From Syntrophobacter sp. SbD2 (lineage in GTDB: Bacteria; Desulfobacterota; Binatia; UBA9968): a stretch of 64,000 nt of DNA. The notes beneath the pieces are model-generated. The model searched no databases. It worked only from the letters and a program-made list of their open reading frames with translations, and was not told where the DNA came from. Position 1 is the first letter of the stretch. The number at the start of each line of letters is the position of its first letter. Positions 20,197 through 29,708 of this stretch are shown here, piece by piece. The position numbers and the translations under genes are program-made. The stretch lies in contig CAMDBU010000003.1 in assembly GCA_945889495.1 (NCBI GenBank), forward strand, positions 6,665-70,664. Reading direction: 5' to 3'.

Positions 20197-21468
20197 ATGA
20201 AGCTAGCCACCGAACAGCTCGGCCAGCGCTTGGCCGCCGACCTCGGCGCCGACGCGGTCAGCGCCGATGAACTTCGACTAGCGGCCCACGCCATCGACGG
20301 CGTCACGCCAAAATTGATCTGCGCGCCGTCCACGGCCGAGCAATTGGCCGCCGCCGTGAAAATCTGCGCCGACGCGCAAGCCGCCATGGCGCCCTGGGGG
20401 GGCGGCACGGCGATGAGCTTGGGCAATCCGCCGCGCGCTCTCGATGTCGTCTTAAAAACCAGCCACCTTGATCAGGTGATCGAACATGATCACGCCAACC
20501 TGACGGCGACGGTGCAAAGCGGTATCACACTCAACGCCCTGCAAGCCGTCTTGGCGCGACAAAAGCAGTTCCTGCCCATCGACGCACCGCTGCCGGAGCG
20601 CTCGACCATCGGCGGCATCGTCGCGGCCAATTTGAACGGCCCGCGGCGATCGAGCTACGGCAGCGTGCGCGATCTGGTCATCGGGATGAAGGTGGTGCTC
20701 GCGTCGGGAGAAATAATCAAAGCCGGCGGCAAAGTGGTCAAGAACGTCGCCGGCTACGACATGTGCAAGCTCTTCACCGGCGCGCTGGGAACTCTGGGCA
20801 TCGTCACCGAAGTCACCTTGCGCGTGGCGCCGCTGCCAGCCCACTCCTCCACCGTCATCGTCAGCGGGACATGGGCCCAAGCGGCGCAATGCGCCAACCA
20901 ACTCATGGGGACGAAACTACTGCCCAGCGCGATGTTTCTCGTGAACCCCGGTGCAAACCGCTCGTGGCAACTAGCGATCAGTTTCGACGGCTTCGAAGAA
21001 ACCGTCGCGCGGCAAGTGAACGAGTTGAGTGCGATGGCCCAGCCGCTCGGTCTCAGCCAGGAAGTCATCCACGGAGAAAAACAACGGCAGTACTGGCAGG
21101 AGATCGCCGACCTGCCGGTCAGCCAGAACCGAGTGATCTACCGCGTCACGGTGCCACGCGGCGCGGTCCAGCGAACCATTGCGACGATCGCTGATCTAGC
21201 GCCGCAGCTCTGCGCCGATCTCGCCATGGGAACCATCTGGATTGAGATGCCAGCGAATCAGACGACGCGAGATTTATTTCCCCGCCTGATCGCCTGGGCG
21301 CAGCAACAACGCGGTCACGCGACCATCTTCAACACCCCCGCTGAATTGAAGCGAACTACTGATGTCTGGGGCCCAGTACCCCCAGCCCACGCGCTCATGC
21401 GAAAGATCAAGCAAGAATTCGATCCAGCGGGACTGTTCAACCCCGGACGATTCATCGGCGGGATATAG
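20197..21468 (+). CDS. glcE: glycolate oxidase FAD-binding subunit GlcE
   Basis: FAD-binding PCMH-type domain lacking the GlcD C-terminal catalytic region; follows glcF with a 2-nt gap. Confidence 0.75.
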   Translation: MKLATEQLGQRLAADLGADAVSADELRLAAHAIDGVTPKLICAPSTAEQLAAAVKICADAQAAMAPWGGGTAMSLGNPPRALDVVLKTSHLDQVIEHDHANLTATVQSGITLNALQAVLARQKQFLPIDAPLPERSTIGGIVAANLNGPRRSSYGSVRDLVIGMKVVLASGEIIKAGGKVVKNVAGYDMCKLFTGALGTLGIVTEVTLRVAPLPAHSSTVIVSGTWAQAAQCANQLMGTKLLPSAMFLVNPGANRSWQLAISFDGFEETVARQVNELSAMAQPLGLSQEVIHGEKQRQYWQEIADLPVSQNRVIYRVTVPRGAVQRTIATIADLAPQLCADLAMGTIWIEMPANQTTRDLFPRLIAWAQQQRGHATIFNTPAELKRTTDVWGPVPPAHALMRKIKQEFDPAGLFNPGRFIGGI

Positions 21469-21481
21469 CGGAACTCGGCGC

Positions 21482-21524
21482 GGGCGGGTTTGAAACCCGC
21501 CCCGACATTTCAAAATCTTTTTTG
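21482..21524 (+). terminator. intrinsic terminator after glcE
   Basis: gggcggg-tttgaaa-cccgccc hairpin followed by aaaatcttttttg. Confidence 0.55.
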
Positions 21525-21557
21525 CGCCTTTTGCGTTCTTTGCGGCCAACTCCCCTC

Positions 21558-22061
21558 TTAGAAAAACCGCACCACCCACCCGCTGAACCAATTATCGACG
21601 CCATAGGCCGCGCTGCCTTTGATCGCGAAGTAAATCGCCGCGATGAGAAAGACAAAATTATCGCGCAGGCCAACTTCATGAGCGTGATAGGACTGCCGGT
21701 CGAAGGAGCGGAAATAGCCTTGCGCTTTGTCGTCTTTGATCGCCGCCTTGACCACCGGCACCATGGTTGGGAGAACTTTCAGCCAATGCCAGTGCAGGCC
21801 GAAAGTCGGGATCAAGAAGATCACCACCATCACGGCGCAGATGGGGGTCTGGATACCGGCCATCAGGCCAAAGCCGCCGACGACCATCAAGAAGGTCGCC
21901 ATGAAGCCGAAAAATACCGCGCCGGTGGGAAAAAGAATGCTCGCGGTATTGACCGGGTTGGGCCAGCGGGCGACGTTGCTGATGCCGCTGATCAACATGC
22001 GCCAGCCCAATACCGCCCGCAATAGCGCCTCCGCGACCAAAACTAATGTTGCAGTATCCAA
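21558..22061 (-). CDS. small integral membrane protein (DoxX-like?)
   Basis: 167 aa with about four TM helices; preferred over the fully overlapping plus-strand ORF 21522-22025, which is charged and low-complexity. Confidence 0.5.
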   Translation of the reverse strand: MDTATLVLVAEALLRAVLGWRMLISGISNVARWPNPVNTASILFPTGAVFFGFMATFLMVVGGFGLMAGIQTPICAVMVVIFLIPTFGLHWHWLKVLPTMVPVVKAAIKDDKAQGYFRSFDRQSYHAHEVGLRDNFVFLIAAIYFAIKGSAAYGVDNWFSGWVVRFF

Positions 22062-22351
22062 GCGATCCAGCCTCCTAAAGTTAGAGTAAGAAATTTCGCC
22101 GCACTATAGTCAGCCTAGGCACGAGCGTCAAATTGCCGCCGCGCATGGACCATAAACGGACAATCGCGGGCACCGTCACCGAGCGCGCGATTGCCAGAGA
22201 GCCGTCGTCGGGCGCGGCACTGTCCGCCAAACTACTCGCGATTGATTGTTTCTACCAAGGAACTTCTCTAGAATGCAGCGAGCGCAGCAGTTTGATTGAT
22301 GGCATATCGGTTGCTCACTTTAACTGCCGGTACAAGATAAAGGAGGTGGCG

Positions 22352-23608
22352 ATGAAACATTTGTCACGTTGGCTACTGACCCTCTTGATCTCCCATCTGG
22401 CATTCTTGCCAGCTCCGGCATCGGCCCAGCGGACCAGCTCCGCCGCCAAGCCGTTCCCAGTGCCCGCTGGGCTCGAACCCGCCGTCGAGTTTTGGAAAAA
22501 AGTTTTCACTGAATACAGCTTTGCGCAATTGATCTTCTTCGATCCCCTCGACATGACCAAGATCTATGAAGTCATCGAGGTCGGCGAGGAAAGCCGGCCC
22601 AATGGCTACATCGACGGCGAGCGCTCGCGCATCGCCGCCGCCAACGGCGTCGATATCGAGCGTGTCAAAGCTCAGCGCGGCGTGCGCGAGCGCACCGCCG
22701 ATGGCTTGAAACGCGCCGGCCGCTGGTTGGCGCAGATGCAGCAAATCTTCATCGACCGCGGCCTACCGCCCGAGCTGACATTCCTGCCGGTAGTGGAGTC
22801 GTCCTACGATATGAGCGCCCGCTCCTTTGTCGGCGCCGTCGGCATCTGGCAGTTCATGCCAGCCACCGGCAAAAGCTACATGCGCGTCGACCGACTCATC
22901 GACGAGCGCCGCGACCCACTCGAATCGACCCGCGCCGCCGCCGCCTATTTAGATCAAGCCTATGGTTATCTCGGCAGCTGGCCGCTAGCGATCACGTCCT
23001 ACAATTACGGCCAGGCCGGCATGGCACGCGCCGTGGCGGAAATCGGCTCAAGCAATCTGGTCGATTTGATTCAGCGCTACAATCATCCTTACTGGGGCTT
23101 TGCGCCCAAGCAATTCTACGCCGAGTTTCTCGCCGCCGTGGAGATCGGCCAGAACTTCAGTCGCTACTTCCCCGGTATCGAGCAAGATGCGCCACGCAAG
23201 ATTCAAGAGCTCACTCTGGCCAGCAACACCTCGCTGGGCGCCGCGATCAGCTCAACCGGTCTCAGCCAAGAGGAATTCATGGAGTGGAATCCGGCGCTAT
23301 CGGCCGGGGTTCGCGTGCTGCCGGCCGGTTATCGGGTGAAATTACCGGCCAACCGTTCGGCCGAACCGATCACCGAGGTCGCCCAGTTGAATTATCAAGC
23401 GCCGGCTCCCACGCCGCGCCGGGTCGCTGCCGCCCAGCCGCGCGCCGCTCAGGCCCAAGTCATTCATCATCGGGTGCAGCGCGGCGAGACTCTCCATCAG
23501 ATCGCCCTGCGCTATGGCGCTTCGGTGCAGCGGATTTTGCAGGCCAATGGAATCCGCCGGGCGAACCTGGTCCAAGCCGGCATCACCTTGCGCATTCCGG
23601 TGGCTTAA
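22352..23608 (+). CDS. lytic transglycosylase (SLT domain) with C-terminal LysM, MltD-like
   Basis: signal peptide MKHLSRWLLTLLISHLAFLPAPASAQ; SLT catalytic motif ESSYDMSARSFVGAVGIWQFMPATG; LysM (…VQRGETLHQIALRYGASVQRILQANGI…); AGGAGG RBS 6 nt upstream. Confidence 0.85.
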   Translation: MKHLSRWLLTLLISHLAFLPAPASAQRTSSAAKPFPVPAGLEPAVEFWKKVFTEYSFAQLIFFDPLDMTKIYEVIEVGEESRPNGYIDGERSRIAAANGVDIERVKAQRGVRERTADGLKRAGRWLAQMQQIFIDRGLPPELTFLPVVESSYDMSARSFVGAVGIWQFMPATGKSYMRVDRLIDERRDPLESTRAAAAYLDQAYGYLGSWPLAITSYNYGQAGMARAVAEIGSSNLVDLIQRYNHPYWGFAPKQFYAEFLAAVEIGQNFSRYFPGIEQDAPRKIQELTLASNTSLGAAISSTGLSQEEFMEWNPALSAGVRVLPAGYRVKLPANRSAEPITEVAQLNYQAPAPTPRRVAAAQPRAAQAQVIHHRVQRGETLHQIALRYGASVQRILQANGIRRANLVQAGITLRIPVA

Positions 23609-23642
23609 AGTTAGCTTCATCAACAGCAAGTCTTGTACAAAC

Positions 23643-23680
23643 AAGGCCGAGTTCCCCAGCGGAGCTCGGCCTTTTTGCTT
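23643..23680 (+). terminator. intrinsic terminator after the transglycosylase gene
   Basis: aaggccgagttcc-ccagc-ggagctcggcctt 13-bp stem followed by tttttgcttt. Confidence 0.7.
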
Positions 23681-23706
23681 TCGCCCAGCGATTACCGGGC
23701 GACGCG

Positions 23707-23736
23707 TTGACAAGCTTTCCCACCGCCCTTTATAGT
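23707..23736 (+). promoter_or_regulatory. sigma70-like promoter (TTGACA-18-TATAGT), probably giving a leaderless transcript
   Basis: TTGACA at 23707-23712 and TATAGT at 23731-23736; the GTG start of the SBP gene lies only 7 nt downstream of the -10 box. Confidence 0.5.
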
Positions 23737-23743
23737 TGCTCCG

Positions 23744-24703
23744 GTGAAACGACTCACAGGCAATTCCATCCTCAGCGCGCTATTAGTTTTAAGTTTGAAC
23801 GCGCCCGTTGAAGCCCAAGATCAGCGCAAAGTGCGCCTGGCCTACTCGGCCTTTAGCGTGTCGTTTTTGAATCTGTTTGTCGCCCGCGACGCCGGCCTGT
23901 TCAAAAAACATGGTCTGGAGCCGGAGCTGATTCAGATGGCTGGACCGCTGCCGGTGGCGGCGCTGGCCTCGGGCGAGATTGATTATCTAACCGGCTACAC
24001 CACCGGCATTATCGCCACCGGCCAGGGCGCGCCGCTCAAGGGCATCATGATCGCCCTGCGCAAACCGCCTTTCTACGTCGTCGCCGAGCCCAGTATCCAA
24101 CGGATCAACGATCTCGCCGGCAAACGCATCGGCGTCGATCGTATCGGCAGCTTGCAGCACCTGGTGGTCCGGTTGTTAATGCGCGCCAAAGGCGCCGATC
24201 CGGAGAAGGCAATCTTCACTCAGACCGGTTCGGTGTCCAACACCGTCAGCAGCCTCGGCCAGGGCGCGGTGTCGGCCGCGGTGTTGTCCGGGCCGCACAA
24301 CGTCATCATGGGGCAAAAAGGCTTTCGCCAGGTCGGCGCCGCGGACGAGTTGCAAATGCAGTTTCCCACCAGCGGCCTGGTGGTGAACGAGAAACAGTTA
24401 AAGAGCGACAGCGCGCGCATCAAAAACGTTATCCGGGTCATGCTCGACGCTCAAGCTTTCTGCCGTAAAGAAAGAAGCTGGATGGTCGGCTACATCCGCG
24501 ACAAGTGGAAGGTCGAACAAAAAACCGCCGAGACGGTCTACGATCAGTGGTTAAGCATCCTCACCGCCGACGGCAAGATCGCCATCAAGGACATGCAGGA
24601 ATATTTCGACCTCGCCTACAGCCAAAAACAGATCCCCGCACCGGTCAACGTCGCCGCGGTCACCGACTACACCTTAATTGACCAGATATTAGCGGGAAAA
24701 TAA
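23744..24703 (+). CDS. ABC-type substrate-binding protein, NMT1/THI5/SsuA/TauA-like (NitT/TauT family); orphan
   Basis: signal peptide followed by a two-lobe periplasmic binding fold typical of SsuA/ThiY/NMT1-like proteins. Confidence 0.75.
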   Translation: MKRLTGNSILSALLVLSLNAPVEAQDQRKVRLAYSAFSVSFLNLFVARDAGLFKKHGLEPELIQMAGPLPVAALASGEIDYLTGYTTGIIATGQGAPLKGIMIALRKPPFYVVAEPSIQRINDLAGKRIGVDRIGSLQHLVVRLLMRAKGADPEKAIFTQTGSVSNTVSSLGQGAVSAAVLSGPHNVIMGQKGFRQVGAADELQMQFPTSGLVVNEKQLKSDSARIKNVIRVMLDAQAFCRKERSWMVGYIRDKWKVEQKTAETVYDQWLSILTADGKIAIKDMQEYFDLAYSQKQIPAPVNVAAVTDYTLIDQILAGK

Positions 24704-24779
24704 TCATGTTAAGTTGCCAGCAGTCAGCGCGTGGTTGAAACGGAACGCGAGACGCGAGACACAGAACAAGGAGTTATTT

Positions 24780-25451
24780 ATGGTAGACGGCAAAGCACTC
24801 GTCGATTCAGTTAGAAAAGAAATCATCGAGCCAGGCATTCAAAAATTGATGGACACGCAGTACTTCACCGAACTGCGCCAGGGCAAGCTATCGATCAAAA
24901 GAATGCAGGGCTGGGCGATCCAGCATTATCTGCACAACAAGGCGATCTTGAAGTCCTTCGCCCTCGGCATGGTAAAGAACGCCCATGAACCGGTGATGTT
25001 CGACTACTTCATCGAGCAGCTCACCGAAGAGCAGAGCCATCCCGATCTCGCCAAACGCTTCGGCCTGGCCATCGGTTTGAAGGAAGAAGATTTCACCGAG
25101 GCGACCCAGATGTTCGAGTGCCAGATCCACTCGGCGCGCACGGTTTATAACACGTTAATGGGTTACGCGCCGCAGAACCGCGCCTCGGCGCTGACCAGCG
25201 AGAGCATGGTGTGCCGCTACTCGGAAGAGTTTTTGAACGCCGGCCGCAAGCATTACGGCCTGTCGGACCGCGACCTGACTTTTTTCACGGTCCACATGGT
25301 CGCCGACCAGGAGCACACCGCGCGCTCAGCCGAGTTAATCGCCAAGATGGTCAAGACGCCGCGCGAAGAGCGTCTGGTGCGCGAGAGCGCCCAGTACATG
25401 GTGCGCATCAAGCTCGGCAAGTTCGAAGGGCTCTACCGCGAGTACGCCTAG
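24780..25451 (+). CDS. TenA/PqqC-like iron-containing redox enzyme family protein (heme-oxygenase-like fold)
   Basis: …RMQGWAIQHYLHNKAI… resembles the PqqC/TenA helical core; AAGGAG RBS precedes the ATG at 24780. Confidence 0.55.
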   Translation: MVDGKALVDSVRKEIIEPGIQKLMDTQYFTELRQGKLSIKRMQGWAIQHYLHNKAILKSFALGMVKNAHEPVMFDYFIEQLTEEQSHPDLAKRFGLAIGLKEEDFTEATQMFECQIHSARTVYNTLMGYAPQNRASALTSESMVCRYSEEFLNAGRKHYGLSDRDLTFFTVHMVADQEHTARSAELIAKMVKTPREERLVRESAQYMVRIKLGKFEGLYREYA

Positions 25452-25457
25452 ACTGGA

Positions 25458-26468
25458 TTGTTAATGAAAATATTTTGCCTACTCGCTGGCCTCGGCTTGT
25501 TCATCGGTGAAGCCTGGGCGCAGACCGATTTGTCTTCGCTCATCGCCGGCGCGCGTAACGAGAAAGAAGTCGTCTGGTACACCACCACGTCGGCCGGCGA
25601 CAACCAGGCCATCGTCGCCGGCTTCAACAAAAAGTATCCGTTTCTAAAAGTCCAAGTGCTGCGCAGCACCGGCGAGAAGCTGCGCCAGCGCGTCCTGGCG
25701 GAAACCCAGGGCGGGCAGTATTTCTCCGATGTCATGAGCGTTAGCAGCATGGAGATGGGCCTACTCAAGTCGCGCAATCTGCTGCAAGCCTACGACGCGC
25801 CGGAAGCGGAGCACTATCCCGCCAACGCGCGGGACAAGGAAAAAGCTTTCACGGCGATCTACGCGCGCAACTTCGTCATCGGCTACAACACCGCCATGCT
25901 GAGCGACAAAGAGCGGCCGCGCGACTGGCCCGAACTGCTAGCGCCCTTTTGGAAGGGCAAGTTCGCCATGGACGAAGAAGAGTTCGAATGGTTCGGCACG
26001 CTGGTCGACTACTGGGGCCGGGAAAAAGCCGGCAAATTCATTCGCGCTCTCGTCGCCCAGCAACCGCAACTGCGGCGCGGCCATAGTCTGCTCGCCCAGC
26101 TGCTCGCCGCCGGCGAGTTCCACGCCGCCATCGTTTTTCCCTTTGAGATCGAACAGCTCAAACAAAAAGGCGCGCGGGTGGACTGGGCCGCCACCTCCGA
26201 TCCCATCGTTACGTCGATCAATGTCATGGCGCTGTCGGCCAAAGCGCCGCATTCGAATGCCGGCAAGCTGCTGATCAACTACGTGCTGTCCGAAGAAGGC
26301 CAGACCATTATCAGGAATCTTTCCCGCGTGCCGATCCGTCCTGGCGTTAAACCGAGCATCGCCAAGCTCGATCAATCGGCGCTAAAAATCCATTACGTCC
26401 CCGCCGACATGTTCCGCAAAGTCGCCGACTACGAGAAGGAATTCCGCGAACTGTTCTGGAAGAAATAG
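25458..26468 (+). CDS. ABC-type substrate-binding protein, family 1 (Fe3+/FbpA-AfuA-like); orphan
   Basis: signal peptide MLMKIFCLLAGLGLFIGEAWAQ; distant paralogue of the 28704 and 29709 genes. Confidence 0.7.
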   Translation: MLMKIFCLLAGLGLFIGEAWAQTDLSSLIAGARNEKEVVWYTTTSAGDNQAIVAGFNKKYPFLKVQVLRSTGEKLRQRVLAETQGGQYFSDVMSVSSMEMGLLKSRNLLQAYDAPEAEHYPANARDKEKAFTAIYARNFVIGYNTAMLSDKERPRDWPELLAPFWKGKFAMDEEEFEWFGTLVDYWGREKAGKFIRALVAQQPQLRRGHSLLAQLLAAGEFHAAIVFPFEIEQLKQKGARVDWAATSDPIVTSINVMALSAKAPHSNAGKLLINYVLSEEGQTIIRNLSRVPIRPGVKPSIAKLDQSALKIHYVPADMFRKVADYEKEFRELFWKK

Positions 26469-26493
26469 GCGCGACCGGCGGTCGCCCTGGCCG

Positions 26494-27549
26494 CTAGATT
26501 ATCCCGAGCCACAAGAGCCCGGCGGTGCCCGCCATCATCACCAGCCCCAGTGGCACGCCGAGCTTGGCCCATTCGCTGCTTTTGATGTGCAGCGCATGGG
26601 CAGCGATGATGTTGGGGATGTTGCCCGGGATCAGCATGCCGCCGGCGATGAGCAAGCCCAACAGCGCGCTTTTGATCTGCGCTTCGCTTAACGTCGGGCC
26701 GATCTCGGCGGCCGCTAGCGTGGCGTTGTCAAGGATCGCTGAGACCATGTTGACCCAAAACAAAATCTGCGATGGCAAGTTGATAATGTAAGCGTCGATT
26801 AGCGGCTTGAAGCCGGCGCCGAGAAAGATCAGCGCCATGACGAAAATGTAAACCTTGCCGCTTCTGACAAATACCTCGCTGAGTTTTTCTTCCTCTGCTT
26901 CAGCCGCCAGTGACGCCTCGGTGTCTTCAAGTTTTTCGTGCACCAGAAAAATCGCCGCGATACCGAGCACGACGACCGCCGGCACGACATAGGAAGCCAA
27001 CAGGTTAGCTAGATAGAAGAAGCCGGCGTGGATCGGCGGCCCGCGCAGTTTCGACACCGCGATGGTCGACAGCGGCTCGCCCAACGGCGTCAAGGCGGCG
27101 CCCAAGCCGATGGCGAAGCAAGCGATGATCGTCAGATTGATCTCGGCGTGGCGATGGAGCGGCAGGACGGTGATGAACTCCACCAACAACAACGCCGCGA
27201 TGATCGCCGAAATCACGCTGGAGAAAAGCCCCAAGAAGATAATCCCGACGGACACGATCACCGCCAGCGGCACCGTGACTAGCACCCGGCGCATCAGGTG
27301 GTCGAGATAACCGCGCAGGTAGTGAAACAGCACGCCGGCGCCAAGGACGGCAAGCGTGATACTGATCGGCGCGACGAAGCCCTCGTGGATCACTTCGCTG
27401 CTCCAGGCGTTGGACATGGTCGCACTGACCACGCCCATGGCGAACAGGAACGCCTCGAGATTGGCTTCAACCTTCTTATTCAAGAATGGGCCGAGCAGAA
27501 CGACGACGAAGATTAATAACAGACCGATCATTAGCATGGTATTTTCCAT
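26494..27549 (-). CDS. polytopic membrane protein, DUF1646-like predicted cation transporter
   Basis: 351 aa with about 10 TM segments; family call made from recalled sequence pattern only. Confidence 0.4.
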   Translation of the reverse strand: MENTMLMIGLLLIFVVVLLGPFLNKKVEANLEAFLFAMGVVSATMSNAWSSEVIHEGFVAPISITLAVLGAGVLFHYLRGYLDHLMRRVLVTVPLAVIVSVGIIFLGLFSSVISAIIAALLLVEFITVLPLHRHAEINLTIIACFAIGLGAALTPLGEPLSTIAVSKLRGPPIHAGFFYLANLLASYVVPAVVVLGIAAIFLVHEKLEDTEASLAAEAEEEKLSEVFVRSGKVYIFVMALIFLGAGFKPLIDAYIINLPSQILFWVNMVSAILDNATLAAAEIGPTLSEAQIKSALLGLLIAGGMLIPGNIPNIIAAHALHIKSSEWAKLGVPLGLVMMAGTAGLLWLGII

Positions 27550-27669
27550 CCTGGGTTTCTACAACATTCCGGCGTTAACAAGCAATGGCGATGCCGCGGA
27601 GTAAATTAAAGTGGCAATTGGCTTGGGCCATTGGTAATGTAGGGAAAATCCCCGCCGTGGAGGTTTACG

Positions 27670-28659
27670 ATGACTCGTATTCAAGTACGTAATCGAATTG
27701 CCGTGCTGACGCTGTTGACGGCCATGCTCATTACTCGTGCAGCGACTGCCCAAGATTTGACCTTGCGCGCGGTGTACAACGCGCTGAGCGGCGTCATGGC
27801 GCCACTCTGGGTGGCGGCGGACGCCGGGTTGTTCACCAAGCATGGCGTCACCGTCGACGTGAAATACTTGGCCGCGACCTCGGCGGTGCAGGCGATGGTC
27901 GGCGGCGGCGAGGAAGTCGGCTTCGTCGGCAACCAGGGCATCGACGCCAAGATCGAAGGCGCCGATTTGGTCTACATCGCCAGCGGCCTGCCGACCTTCG
28001 TCTTTCAGCTCTACTCCCGGCCCGAGATCAAAACCATCGCCGATCTCAAGGGCAAAGTGATCGCAGTGACTCAACCCGCCGCGTCGACCGACTACGCCAC
28101 CCGCATGCTGCTGCGCAGAAATGGCTTGGACCCGGACAAAGACGTAAAAATTCTCTACGCCCAGGACAGCATCAATGTCATCAATACGGTGATCACCGGC
28201 AACGCCGCCGCGGGCATCAATTCTCATCCCAATGCCTTGAAGCTCAAGGCCGCCGGCATGCGCACGCTGGTCGACATCACCGAGTTGAAGATTCCGTTCC
28301 TATTCACCGGCATGTTGTCGTCGCCCAAAGTCGTGCGCGAAAAGAACGAAGCGCTGACCCGCTACCTGCGCGCGTATATTGAAGCGATGGCGCTGATCCG
28401 GCGCGACAAGGAGATCACCATCAAGTCGATCGGCAAGTTTCTTAAAAGCACCGACCGCGAGGCTTTGGAATCGACCTACGAAGAATACAAAAACGTCTTT
28501 CCGACTACTCCATTGATGACCGCGGCGGAGGTCCAAGCGGTGCTCGACGTTGCCAAGAGTCCCAAGGCGAAATCCATGAAGGCGCAAGACTTCTTCGATA
28601 ACTCGATCGTCCAGAAGATTCAGGCGAGCGGCTTTATCGAGCAAGTGAACAAGAAATAG
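27670..28659 (+). CDS. ABC-type substrate-binding protein, NMT1/SsuA/TauA-like; orphan
   Basis: signal peptide …LITRAATAQ; NMT1-like fold; paralogue of the 23744, 34688 and 36311 genes. Confidence 0.75.
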   Translation: MTRIQVRNRIAVLTLLTAMLITRAATAQDLTLRAVYNALSGVMAPLWVAADAGLFTKHGVTVDVKYLAATSAVQAMVGGGEEVGFVGNQGIDAKIEGADLVYIASGLPTFVFQLYSRPEIKTIADLKGKVIAVTQPAASTDYATRMLLRRNGLDPDKDVKILYAQDSINVINTVITGNAAAGINSHPNALKLKAAGMRTLVDITELKIPFLFTGMLSSPKVVREKNEALTRYLRAYIEAMALIRRDKEITIKSIGKFLKSTDREALESTYEEYKNVFPTTPLMTAAEVQAVLDVAKSPKAKSMKAQDFFDNSIVQKIQASGFIEQVNKK

Positions 28660-28703
28660 CCTGGCGATCGCTGACGATTTTTTACCAAGTTGCGAGGGCG
28701 CTT

Positions 28704-29708
28704 ATGAAAATCGCGGATGTCTGGTGGCTGGTATCGTTGATCATCTTTCCGGCGCTCGGCTTCGCTCAGAGCCAGGAGCTGATAAGTAGAGCCGAGAAAG
28801 AGGGAGAGGTAAATCTCTACGCCACCATGTCGGTGGCCGACTTCGCCTATCTCGCCAAGGCCTTCAAAGAAAAATATCCTCGTATCAACCTGCGTCATAT
28901 CTCCTTGCCTTCGTCGCGCCAAACCGCCCGGGTGATGCAGGAGTTTCGCGCCGGCGGCGTCCAGGCCGATGTCTTGGGTAACAGCCCCGATACGCTGCTC
29001 TACCTCAAACAACAAGGTGTGGTGGGGGCCTATCGATCGCCAGAGACCAAGAACCTATTTCCCGGCGCCTGGGACAACGACGGCTTCTGGTCCGGCATCA
29101 CGACCGATTTGTTGGTCACCGGTTACAATCCGCGCTTGCTATCGAGGGCCGCGGTGCCGAAGAGTTATGACGATTACCTCCGGCCGCAGCTGAAAAGCCA
29201 AATCGCGGTCAATCGCGGCGTGCCCTATCCCTTGACGGGGATGGTCTCCCTGCGCGGCGAAGAACAAGGCGTCGCCTACTTCAAAAAACTCAGCCAGCAG
29301 GATTTGCGCTTGATCGGCGACTTCAACCACATGGTTAACCTGATGGCCGCGGGCGAATATTCCCTCACCGGCTTCATGCAAGTCTCCAAGCTCGATGCCA
29401 TGAAACGCAAAGAAGCGCCGGTGGATTGGGTGGCGTCACCGCAAACCTTGGCGACCATCGCCAGCATCGGCATGGTGAAAAATCCACTCCATCCCGCGGG
29501 CGCCCAGCTATTGATCGATTTTTATCTCTCCGTCGAGGGCCAACGGGCGTTAGCGGCGGCAGGAAAAATTCCCATCAGAAAAGGCGTGAAGAGCCCGTCG
29601 AAAGATATCGATCAAGTGCTGGAGAGCGGCAACCTGCACGTCATCCGCCCCGACGGCGGCTACGACAAGTACATGAAGATTTACAACGAGTATCTGGGAG
29701 TACGGTAG
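28704..29708 (+). CDS. ABC-type substrate-binding protein, family 1 (Fe3+-type); orphan; tandem paralogue A
   Basis: signal peptide …FPALGFAQ; about 85% identical to the gene immediately downstream. Confidence 0.75.
   Translation: MKIADVWWLVSLIIFPALGFAQSQELISRAEKEGEVNLYATMSVADFAYLAKAFKEKYPRINLRHISLPSSRQTARVMQEFRAGGVQADVLGNSPDTLLYLKQQGVVGAYRSPETKNLFPGAWDNDGFWSGITTDLLVTGYNPRLLSRAAVPKSYDDYLRPQLKSQIAVNRGVPYPLTGMVSLRGEEQGVAYFKKLSQQDLRLIGDFNHMVNLMAAGEYSLTGFMQVSKLDAMKRKEAPVDWVASPQTLATIASIGMVKNPLHPAGAQLLIDFYLSVEGQRALAAAGKIPIRKGVKSPSKDIDQVLESGNLHVIRPDGGYDKYMKIYNEYLGVR

Noticed and set aside
21522-22025. Plus-strand 167-aa ORF overlapping the minus-strand 167-aa membrane-protein ORF
   Set aside because: The plus-strand product is highly charged, His/Asp-rich and low-complexity, while the minus-strand product has coherent TM helices and a terminator-proximal stop. 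Kept the minus-strand gene.
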